Below are positions 32,445-41,805 of a stretch of DNA of 64,000 nucleotides, one piece after another. Source of the DNA: Andalucia godoyi And28 (lineage: Eukaryota; Protista; Jakobida). The notes beneath the pieces were generated by a model. That model saw nothing but the letters and a program-made list of their open reading frames with translations. It did no database searches and had not been told where the DNA came from. The DNA is taken from assembly GCA_009859145.1 (NCBI GenBank), contig VRVR01000009.1, positions 359,763 to 423,762 of the forward strand, written 5' to 3'. The stretch's first letter is position 1, and each line of letters opens with the position of its first letter. The position numbers were made by a program, and so were the translations under genes.

Positions 32445-32797
32445 GGTCCATACACTGCATACACTGCACAGAAAAGGAATACACAGAGCTTCCCGACATT
32501 CGATAAGCGGGGAATTCCGCCATTCCAGGCACTCTCGATCCCGATTCCCGAATGGTGAATTCCCGATCTCGAATTCTCGATTTCGGATCCCGTGCGGCGT
32601 GCTTGGCTGCTTGCTCTTCCGTCAGCCCTTTTGCACGGTCGACTTCTAGTGGTCGATCTGTGTCGACATCGGCGCACCCCCGCTTCAGAGAGAGAGTTTT
32701 TTTTTGCTGTCGAGACCCGACTCCCGAGTGACGAATGACGAGAGTCGATTGAGCGATTGAAGTCGATGCAGGTTTCGGGGGTAGGTCGGTAGGGGCG

Positions 32798-34453
32798 ATG
32801 GCAGCGCACGGTTGCAAGTGTCCAGAGCGATTGGCTGCCAGTGCCTTCCATGATCGCAATGCATTGTTTGTGACGATCACACTCGACTTGTCTCGCATTG
32901 TCGCGTCTCCACGTGCGTCCATGCAGGTTACGGTTGACGTTCTTGACATGCTGTCCAGGACGCACGATGACAATACCGTGCGGCTGTTCTCGGTGGATGA
33001 TGCATGCCTGGAAATGGGAATCTCTTTCGACGACCCGTGTCGTCTGAGAACCGTGATCGTGTGCTACCATGCTCCGTTGCATCTGTTCTTCCTTTCGCAC
33101 GTTTCGTCGTCGTCGAAGGATTTGTATGTGACCATGCATGACGGCGGACAGCAGTCTGCAGATGTGCAACAAGAAGAGAAGAGGATCTGGCTAGGTCGCA
33201 AGCGTCACGTCAATTGTCCATCGATGCTCGGCTCATTTTCCGTGCAACAGAGTGTCGAGATTGCGGGCGATTGCACGTTGTGGCAACGGATGCGCACTCG
33301 CACAGCCCGCTCGACAGAAGCTTCTGCGATTGAAAATGATGTTCGAGTGATGGAAATTACGTTTTCGAGGAATCCTCGCGAACGGACGCTGCTTGCGATT
33401 CCCGGCAGTTCCAAAGAAGAAGAAGAAGAAGAAGAAGCAGCGGCGGCGGCGGCTTCCAACAGTGCGTGGTCTTTGGTCCTATCCATCACAGAATTCAACG
33501 ATGACTGTCGTTCGCGAGAGGAGTTGCCTGCAGGCTCGAGTTCCGATACGGTGCATCGCGGTCGCCGTGGAAGAAAGATCTCCAATGATGGTGCAGAGAA
33601 CGATGCGCAAGTTTCCTCCCATTCTGTGAGACATTCGCACGAAATGTCCGTGTCCCCAGACTCTGCTGTGGTCCTTGGCCGGCAGCATTTCAATGCACTG
33701 TCGCTCGCAAAGACATTTCCATTGTGGAGCGCTGCGGCGAATCGCTTGTCTCGCTTCCAGCTGCTGCGTCCCAAAGGCGGCCCTGCAATGGCACAACGAC
33801 CAGTCGAGCTCTGTGACATCCGAGGACATTTGTTGTTTTGGTGGCAGGTGTCCGATGAAAGCGAGGTGTGCAACGGCCGGTCGTCGTTCCTCTACGTGCA
33901 TAACCTGGCGTCAAAGTCGCCAACCGTCTTCTTTTTCGATGTTGCGCACTACTTGATGTTTGCGAAGCACATGTCGCTCGGAAATGACCCCGACCGCTCC
34001 ATGTCGTGGAACGACGTGACGTATCAAATAGAGATTTCGGATCCGCGACGCGACGGGCTGCAGACCGGCACATGTTGCTCACGCGATAACCTCGTGTTCG
34101 AGTTCGTGGTCATTCCTCCTCGAGGATCTGACGGCGGTCTGGGTTCTCGCAGCGCTCCTGTCATTATGGGGTTTCATATGGACCGAAAGGACCGACCATC
34201 CGATGGGCCTGCGTTTCCAGCTGATTTGCAATGCATTCGAAAAACGATTGCGCGCAATCGAGGCAGGATGACTGTCGCTCCGAATGCAGTATTCCTAGAC
34301 AGCAGTCTCTTCTCTTGCTGCTGCTCACCGGTGTTTGCTTCCGGGTACCACTGCTCTGCAGCCTGTGATAATCCTTCGTTTCGGGATCAGTGGCTTGATT
34401 TCTCGATCCTTGTCAAGGCGCAGCGAGCAAAATCAAAACAACGAAAATCGTGA
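32798..34453 (+). CDS. Hypothetical protein, orphan family A (copy 1)
   Basis: Shares GDCT(L/V)WQ, LSITEF, VLGRQHFNA, (D/L)(I/L)xGHLL, Y(V/I)HN and FVV(I/V)PPRG with 35931-37787. Confidence 0.75.
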   Translation: MAAHGCKCPERLAASAFHDRNALFVTITLDLSRIVASPRASMQVTVDVLDMLSRTHDDNTVRLFSVDDACLEMGISFDDPCRLRTVIVCYHAPLHLFFLSHVSSSSKDLYVTMHDGGQQSADVQQEEKRIWLGRKRHVNCPSMLGSFSVQQSVEIAGDCTLWQRMRTRTARSTEASAIENDVRVMEITFSRNPRERTLLAIPGSSKEEEEEEEAAAAAASNSAWSLVLSITEFNDDCRSREELPAGSSSDTVHRGRRGRKISNDGAENDAQVSSHSVRHSHEMSVSPDSAVVLGRQHFNALSLAKTFPLWSAAANRLSRFQLLRPKGGPAMAQRPVELCDIRGHLLFWWQVSDESEVCNGRSSFLYVHNLASKSPTVFFFDVAHYLMFAKHMSLGNDPDRSMSWNDVTYQIEISDPRRDGLQTGTCCSRDNLVFEFVVIPPRGSDGGLGSRSAPVIMGFHMDRKDRPSDGPAFPADLQCIRKTIARNRGRMTVAPNAVFLDSSLFSCCCSPVFASGYHCSAACDNPSFRDQWLDFSILVKAQRAKSKQRKS

Positions 34454-34765
34454 ATGGCTGTTTTCCGTCCGCCAGAGCACCTCAGAATCGTCAGCGTGCT
34501 GCTCGCGGTTCTGCCCATACCCGCACCTCGTGTGCTCTGTTCTGGTCGGGTCCGTCGCGGTTCTGCTTGGATGCCATGTCGCGCCGATAGCTGCGTCCTG
34601 CAGTCGTGCCGTCCGGCCCCCCGGCGATGCATTTTTTTGTTTTTGTTTTTTTTGTTTCTTCTTCTTCGTCGTCGGCAACACACACCTCGGGAGATTTACT
34701 TTCTCTTTTCTGTTCTTTTTTGTTTGCGTCTTCTTTGTTCATTGTTTTTGCTCATCGTCGTGAAC

Positions 34766-35803
34766 ATGAGTTCGACAGTTCCAGTGGAGTGGAAATTCAA
34801 GAATCAAAATCCCAAGAATGCCATCTTGAAGCAAGAAGAGAAGATGAAGATGAAGATGAAGATGACGAAGAAGATGCTCGAACAACAGCCAGTGCCCCAG
34901 GACGGAGGGCAGTTGTTCGCCGGACGCAATGATGAGGATGTTGACATGCTGATTCCAATTCCTTCCTTGAGCGCCGATGAGACGGCATTCTGTTCAACCC
35001 CGGTTGGCTCTGCTGTCGCTCACGCCACCCTTGCTAGCACCGGCCAGTTGATGACTCCGGGGTATGTGTACGATACCGCTGGTGATCCTGGTGATATTTG
35101 CGATGCGCTTCTGCCATTCGAGCCGGCTACTGGCAATGCGGCTGTGTTCGGAAACGTGACTCGCGACGCATCTGAGCCTCCTTTTTCGCTTCTGAACCCA
35201 GTGGACGAATGGTCTCCCTCTGTTGCATCGCCGATTTCCCTCTGTTCTACTTCTCTTCCGTCTGATGATTTCCATCCTGGTGGCTACGATGGAATGGACT
35301 TCGAATGGGGCATCAGCGGCCTAATGCGAGGAGTGGCGGACCGAGAAGGAAACGATCGTCTTGCAGCGCCTGCTTCGAAGCAACATGCTCGCATACCGTA
35401 CGTTGCGGAGTTGGCACCCATTCTCGGCAAGGATGCTCCGATGTTTGAGAAACCCCATCGAGAACCTGCAACTGAATTCTTTCAGAAGAGAATGGGACTG
35501 ATGAATGACGACAACCAGCAGGATGATCGTCCTCCTTTCTTCTTTTGGATCTCAGTCTTACTTCAGATGCCGGACACGAGTGTCTTCTGCGTGTCACAGA
35601 ACGAAGAGCAGCCCGGCATCGTGGATGTGATGCACAAGTCACTGCTTGACATTATGCATCCCTGTCGGTGTCGCGCATGGTCGAATGCCGTGAATCTTGT
35701 TCGATTGGATCTGCTCGAATTCGCGGAATACATCAACCATCATGTTCGACATCGTAACTGGGTGCACTACACAGGCAGCGCTGATTTTCGTTTCGATTTG
35801 TAA
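34766..35803 (+). CDS. Hypothetical protein, orphan family B (start uncertain)
   Basis: Acidic/Pro-Ser-rich N-terminus and the C-terminus DVMHKSLLDIM...NWVHYTGS. Confidence 0.6.
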   Translation: MSSTVPVEWKFKNQNPKNAILKQEEKMKMKMKMTKKMLEQQPVPQDGGQLFAGRNDEDVDMLIPIPSLSADETAFCSTPVGSAVAHATLASTGQLMTPGYVYDTAGDPGDICDALLPFEPATGNAAVFGNVTRDASEPPFSLLNPVDEWSPSVASPISLCSTSLPSDDFHPGGYDGMDFEWGISGLMRGVADREGNDRLAAPASKQHARIPYVAELAPILGKDAPMFEKPHREPATEFFQKRMGLMNDDNQQDDRPPFFFWISVLLQMPDTSVFCVSQNEEQPGIVDVMHKSLLDIMHPCRCRAWSNAVNLVRLDLLEFAEYINHHVRHRNWVHYTGSADFRFDL

Positions 35804-35930
35804 TGTGGGATAGGTTCGTAAAACCACCTTGATGTTTGTGTTTTCTTTTGTCGGTGCGTCGTTGTTGACAATACGAAAGCAATGTGCCACCCTGACGACA
35901 TCACTGACAAACAGCATTTGGAGGAATTCC

Positions 35931-37787
35931 TCATTGCTGAACTGCGTGCGAAACACTGTAGAAACAGCCGTGTGCTGCATGGTCGACCACGGCAGCAAAC
36001 GCATAATCGAGACTCGTGATCCACTCTGACACATCTACATTCAATCCTTCAACGCCATAGCCAGAAACAACAACCGGCTTGTAAGCAAAAAACAGATCAT
36101 CATGCAGTGCAACCGCATTGGCGAACAGGGTCATCTTTGCTTCGTGCTGCAGGAATTCTCGCCTCAGGCATCCAAGCTTGGCGGAGCGCTCGCCATTGTC
36201 GTGATCGTGCACTCGAGAAACTGCGTAAAATCGTACCCTGAAGCAGCTTCGAGGATTCGAATGAGGAACCAAACCACCCCTGGGAGGAACTACCACAAAA
36301 GAAAACACGGCGCTCTCTGCCGCGCACTTTGCTTGCGGCGGGAACGTGCAAGCGAACGGTGCATCGTACGCAATGGCACAGTCGAACGGAGAAGGCCGCG
36401 ACGCGAGAAGATCCACAAACATGTTGTAGTGCGAAACATCATAGAACACGAGTGCTGGCGAGTCGGAAGAGATGTTGTGAATATACACGAACTGCCCAGT
36501 GATGGACGGCAACACCGTGTCGACACTCGCAAGATTTCGCGACCACACCAAGAGATGTCCCTGAAGATCATCCAGTTCTATGAGCTCCTTCTCGGTGCTG
36601 GTGCTGAACGTCTGTGACACCGCAAAGGGAGACACGCGTCGAGCGCACACTTCCCACTCTGAGCCAAGAAAACGCCGAGCTAGAGCAGAAGCATTGAAAT
36701 GCTGGCGTCCCAGCACGATCGCACGGTCATCGAATAGAGAAACCATGTGGTGGCTTACATTGGTGGAAACGGGAGACGCCATCCTCGCCCCGGCACCGCG
36801 AGACGATGGCGACGAAAACGTGCCGATCCTCTCCGTCAACACAATCTTTGTCAATTTGCGCTCCGTGGTTTGCGGATGAAACTCTGTAATGGACAGCTGA
36901 TGAAAGGACGTGTCATTTTCCATCGCAAAGTGGGGAAGCTTCCTTGCGCTATCAAACGACGGTACGGCAGAACCAGTGGTGAAGCACACATCCATGCCCT
37001 TGACGTAATCCGCCAATTCGGACGCCAGTGATGCGGTTTCATCATTCCAATTCAAAACTCCCCTCTTTTCCTGCCACACAGTGCAATCTCCCTTCATCAC
37101 AATACTGGTCTCTCTGAACGATTCGTCCAACAATATGGGACGATTTTGTGCCCGAGACCGGTGAAATGCTAAAATCAACGCTGACCGATGCACGCCATCG
37201 TTTTCAAGACATCGCATGTCAAGACGCATGCTACTTTGACCGGGACACGACATGTAGAACAAGTCCAGTGGCACATCATACCGAATCGTCAGCTTCATAA
37301 GAACACTGTCTGCGGCTGCTGCTGCGGCACCGAGCGACGAGGCGCAGTCTTGCGTGACGTCGTACACGACAAGCGAGGAGTCGTCGGGAGTTTCCAACAC
37401 TTTTTGAAGTAAATCCACGCTCCGGTTCACAGGATCGGAAAAGAGGTTGAGCAGGCGGATGTGCACTGTCTGGCGGTGTTCGAAGAAGACAGAAGCGGCG
37501 TTGGCTGCGAGGTCTGCTCCGCATGTGCAAAAGACGGTACTCGACTCTTCCGAGAGAACACCAAAATAGTCGGGTACTATCGAATCGTACCCGTGGCGCT
37601 CGCAAGTCAGAAGATGCCTCCGACGGTCAGACATTGTCGATCGATTCTCCTTGTCATAGAATTCAGCAAGGGCAAAAACGTCAATAGGCACTGGTGAAAG
37701 CGCAAAGGTGAAAAGGTACCAAAGAGCATCCCTTTTTTGCACTTTGCGGGCAGGCAGAGGAAAGCGGGCATCTACGGTAGCCTCCAT
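35931..37787 (-). CDS. Hypothetical protein, orphan family A (copy 2)
   Basis: Paralog of 32798-34453 by the shared motifs; inverted orientation. Confidence 0.75.
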   Translation of the reverse strand: MEATVDARFPLPARKVQKRDALWYLFTFALSPVPIDVFALAEFYDKENRSTMSDRRRHLLTCERHGYDSIVPDYFGVLSEESSTVFCTCGADLAANAASVFFEHRQTVHIRLLNLFSDPVNRSVDLLQKVLETPDDSSLVVYDVTQDCASSLGAAAAAADSVLMKLTIRYDVPLDLFYMSCPGQSSMRLDMRCLENDGVHRSALILAFHRSRAQNRPILLDESFRETSIVMKGDCTVWQEKRGVLNWNDETASLASELADYVKGMDVCFTTGSAVPSFDSARKLPHFAMENDTSFHQLSITEFHPQTTERKLTKIVLTERIGTFSSPSSRGAGARMASPVSTNVSHHMVSLFDDRAIVLGRQHFNASALARRFLGSEWEVCARRVSPFAVSQTFSTSTEKELIELDDLQGHLLVWSRNLASVDTVLPSITGQFVYIHNISSDSPALVFYDVSHYNMFVDLLASRPSPFDCAIAYDAPFACTFPPQAKCAAESAVFSFVVVPPRGGLVPHSNPRSCFRVRFYAVSRVHDHDNGERSAKLGCLRREFLQHEAKMTLFANAVALHDDLFFAYKPVVVSGYGVEGLNVDVSEWITSLDYAFAAVVDHAAHGCFYSVSHAVQQ

Positions 37788-38016
37788 TGAGCACAAGAGC
37801 TCAAGAAGACGAGCTGCGAGCCGCCTGTAGATGAAATGCCGATCTCAAATCTCTCATTCCCGATTTTCCGATTTCAGAATTTGGTACAGTATCTATTATT
37901 GGAGATTTGGAGTGTGGAATTTTCCAAATTAGGAAATTTCGAGCATTACAAAAGGCTTGTTTTTTGGTGGCTAGGTCTCTTCTGGTTTTGATATTGCAGA
38001 ACTGTTCACATACTCC

Positions 38017-38463
38017 ATGGCTTTACAACTTCCATTGCTTGTTACTGCAGCGATCCTCTGCGACAAAAACGACCCAGGCAGAGTGCTCCTCGTGAAGCGC
38101 GCTCGTGCGCCCTTCTGCGGGAGCTGGGCGCTCGTGGGCGGCTGTGGCGCCTTCGAGAAAATTGTGAACCCCGAGGAAGCCGTGGTCCATGAAGTAGAAT
38201 GCGATTTAGGGGTGACGCCTGTCCAACTTCGGTTCTTCCACTATTACTTTTGCGAACCAAAGTCTGTTGTTCTCGTTTTCGCTGGACACTTGGAGCATGA
38301 ATCGTCCATTCGGCTTGACCCGCAGTATGTTTCTGCATGGAAATGGTTCGACGTTCGTGACGCACGACCGAATGAATTAGGGGAGATTGCGTTTGAGGGC
38401 GGTTTTGTCCTTGCATCCTATGCCAGGACTTTATCAGCTCCGGATGTCATGAACGGATCGTGA
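38017..38463 (+). CDS. Nudix hydrolase (MutT/ADP-ribose pyrophosphatase-like) with a degenerate Nudix box
   Basis: VLLVKRARAPFCGSWALVGG followed by GAFEKIVNPEEAVVHEVECDLGV. Confidence 0.85.
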   Translation: MALQLPLLVTAAILCDKNDPGRVLLVKRARAPFCGSWALVGGCGAFEKIVNPEEAVVHEVECDLGVTPVQLRFFHYYFCEPKSVVLVFAGHLEHESSIRLDPQYVSAWKWFDVRDARPNELGEIAFEGGFVLASYARTLSAPDVMNGS

Positions 38464-38690
38464 AATCCCGTTGTAAAATAATTTTTGAAAATCCAGTTTA
38501 TTTCGTGTAGCACAGCTCTTTTGGATTTGCAGTTCGCATATGAGTTGACACTCGATAGAGGACAATCAACAACCGCCTGCGGAATTCTGTTTATGACAAA
38601 AACGTATTCGGATGGTGGCTCAATAGAAATCTCCTTTTTTGGAAATTGTCCTTTTATCTGGAGAGCGGATGGTTTGATGCAGTAGAGCAT

Positions 38691-39317
38691 ATGTCATCTG
38701 AATCCATAGGCCAGCAAGGTACTGGGATTGTTTTTCTTTTAAAACGTGCATTACTGACATCTTCAATGCCGGAAGCAAGACAGCAAAATATTTCATCGTC
38801 CCAATCAGCAGTGGAACGGACCAGATTTCCTTGGTGCCATGGGACAAGAATCCGGTACAATGAGAAAGTCGAGGGTTCCTCGATGACGACAGCCACAGCG
38901 CCACTCCTAGAGCAGCAAATGGTCCCGCACTCTATTGCAAAGCAGCGTCTGCTGAACGGAATGCAACTGGCTCGTGATGAATGGCAGCGTTCTCCGCCAG
39001 CGCTGCAATTTTGGAGAGGAGTATTGAATGAGAACACAAAAACCCGAGTGTTTTTCTTACAAAGACACGTTCTTTGTGACGACGAGACAGTGCTCGTGTT
39101 TCACGCATCTCTGGCTTGTCTGTTGAACCCACCTCCAGATTCTGATGCCTTGGATGACATCGGGCTCGTTCGAGCGTGGAACGAGACGAAGTTGAGAGAC
39201 TTTCTCAGTCACAAATGTAGCCAAGAGGGATGGATTCATTTCACGGGATCCCACCTAAGTGGCAGCGACGTTCACAGTAGCCACCTGCTGCATCCCCACG
39301 TGATGACAGGACGGTGA
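38691..39317 (+). CDS. Hypothetical protein, orphan family B
   Basis: C-terminus LVFHASLACLL...EGWIHFTGS. Confidence 0.65.
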   Translation: MSSESIGQQGTGIVFLLKRALLTSSMPEARQQNISSSQSAVERTRFPWCHGTRIRYNEKVEGSSMTTATAPLLEQQMVPHSIAKQRLLNGMQLARDEWQRSPPALQFWRGVLNENTKTRVFFLQRHVLCDDETVLVFHASLACLLNPPPDSDALDDIGLVRAWNETKLRDFLSHKCSQEGWIHFTGSHLSGSDVHSSHLLHPHVMTGR

Positions 39318-39900
39318 AGTCGTCGCACCTAGAACAAAATAAAACCTGACAGTGCGAGTCTGGAGGGCGCATCCGCAACATCTGACAAATGACGCACGGC
39401 CTTCCTTACACTATCAGTGAAACTCATGAGGCCATTAAACACTGTGCGATTCCGATCCAACAGGTCTTCGGACAATTCATGGAAAGCGTCGTCGCCAAGA
39501 TTGAAACCTCCGACAACAAGTTCCCGGTTTGAATGGATTCCGTTTCAATAAAAGCAAACATAATTTCACAAACATCGCTCTTGTTACAACACTTGGCTTG
39601 CAATATAGTTTTGCAACAACCGAGAGTGCACGTGAAAAAGAATCTCCCGCGTCTCATTCCAAAGTCCAAAAAGGCGGGAACACTTCGAAGTTAGGAAATC
39701 TTGCGAGGTGGCAAAAAGTCTCGTTCAACGAATTAGCATCTAGTGATGCTTTCAAAATAACAAGTCGTGCAAAATGCTCTGTTGAATAGATGAGGTGCAT
39801 CTCTCCGCAACAATTGGCAAACACTTCTACGCGACAAGCGATGTCAGTGAAACAATACTCAGCATATTGGGTAAAACAACAAATGCACGACATCTTGTTA

Positions 39901-41300
39901 CACTATTGGAAAAAAATGTCACCGAATTTTTTTAGAGACGCCCCTGTGACGCGTCGGTGATCTTGTGACATTGATCCTCTTGCTAGGATCACCGAAGCGT
40001 CACAGGCGCGTCTCATTAATAAAACCAGAAAATTCTCTGAAAACAAAGATTTTTATTGTAATAAAAGTAGCCAATATTACAAATTCATAACCCAGTCCCT
40101 TCGATGGAGATCGGATGGCGGGACAGCTCCAGCACAAGATGGCTCCGGCCACGCGTAAGCTCCTGGAGCACCACATGAGAGCCAATAAGGTGCAGTGGCA
40201 CGAGCTCTGAGGCGTTGGAACGGTGCCATCCTTTCCCTATATCCACCACCGCATATCCGGAGCTCCCATGAGTGGGCAGAGATGCGAAGCCTCGAACCTG
40301 GGCAAAAGCCAGATGCATCCCTCTCGAATGTGATGCGGCGCAAATGAAGAATCGTTGAATCTCGCAATACAATTTCGGCCGAAACATGACAGACACTCGG
40401 CTGTTGCAAGATTTGGAAGACAACACTGTCGCCATCAGTGAGGTGAGTTGCAGAGGCCCCCACTGGTTGCTGCACTTCACCCGACCGAAGCACAGCAGAT
40501 CTCGACAGGGAACGTCGATTCTCCCTTCGAAGAACAATAAGTCATCCTCTGAGGTAATGTTTTTGGAACCAAACTCACGCATTGCTTGATGATATAGAAA
40601 TCCGTAGTGCTGGTCAAAGGATGCTCTCCACTTCATGATCGCGGCGATTACCAGAGGAGATGCATTTTCTACTGTCATTTCTTGATCTACGAATTCCACG
40701 TCTTCGGCACGGGCGTACTGATTCGAGTGCGGATGAAACACGAATCTTTGATTCGTTTCCCGAATGCTTCTGAACGATTCCAGATGCTCCCACACAGAAC
40801 TGTTACCCAGACAGCATTCCATCTCAGACAAAAACAGCCTACGGTGCAGTCCGTCGGAGAGTTGAGAAAATGCCTGATTCGGAGCGGTTATCAAAGCGGA
40901 CGATTCTTTGATAAAGGCTTCGAGAGGGAATGTCCAGTGATGACACAGAGGTCCATGCCGCCTGGTAACCATCCCGACATGCAAGAGGGCGTGGAACGCG
41001 AATCGACATTCAGCTGCGCCGGCAAGCCTTTCGAATGCCTGGCATGCGCTTGAAAAATGGTATTCCATTCTCACAATGTCCTCTTCTTGTAACGTCGTAC
41101 ACGAGGCCAGAAAGAATCCGATGCTAAAGTCCCGGAAGCACTGGTAGAACTCTGGATGGACCACTAAATCGTAAAACAGAAATGGGATGGCATAGATCAG
41201 AAAATTCATGTGATCCACCATTTAAATCTACGTTCGAAGTCATTCTCTGCTTTAAAGTTTGCAGCTCTTTCCAGAAATCATCGTCTTTCTGTTCATTTGC
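39901..41300 (-). mobile_element. Truncated CACTA/EnSpm-type DNA transposon (one terminus plus a transposase remnant)
   Basis: Terminus CACTATTGGAAAAAAATG at 39901 and a subterminal 28-bp inverted repeat. The transposase C-terminal half (ORF 40085-41221) has NFLIYAIPFL and FAFHALLHVGMVTRRHGPLCHHWTFPLEAF (DUF4218-type H...GP...W.FP.E motif), with stops upstream. Confidence 0.75.
39935..40014. repeat. 28-bp inverted repeat (2 mismatches, 24-nt loop)
   Basis: GAGACGCCCCTGTGACGCGTCGGTGATC (39935-39962) and GATCACCGAAGCGTCACAGGCGCGTCTC (39987-40014). Confidence 0.9.
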
Positions 41301-41805
41301 GCATTTGAATGTTGTCCGGGGATGAGGACCGAGAAAAGAATGCCTGATCATTTCTCATTGTTGCTGTCGATTTTCTAGCAAAGAGATCGCGGTTGGCACT
41401 CTGGAGCACACATGGGACAATGTGGTTTCCAACATGCCATTGTCACTCCGTTTTTACTAGAGAATCGCAATCTTATAGTGGTATTGCCCGTTCAAAAAGC
41501 GCATGACTGGTAGACTGGATTTGTCGATGTGCTGCAATCTCTCCAGATTTCTGTTTCTCGCATTCTGGACTGGGATTACGTAGATGATGCTAGTTTACTT
41601 CGTACCTATTTATGGTTGCGACTCGGAAGGAACCAACAATCGCTAATAGGCTTCTCAGATTTCTCCAGATGTCAAACAATATCCAGCTCAAGTCATTCGG
41701 GACAAGGCTCCAAAGCGACTGTCAGCATTGTTGACGAATCTCTTGAAGATGTCAAACAATTTCTGCAAGACAACCCGCTGTTCATGACTATTGGCGGATT
41801 TTCGA

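Noticed and set aside
34454-34765. Abutting stop/start (TGA-ATG) between family A copy 1 and the 449-aa ORF as an operon-like coupling
   Set aside because: The first ~104 codons are T-rich, UTR-like low-complexity sequence, so the real start is probably downstream.
41472-41480. CTTATAGTG as the right-hand CACTA end
   Set aside because: Only about 8 bp match the 39901 end, the flanks (TTA versus GTA) are not a clean TSD, and it lies in decayed transposase-frame sequence.
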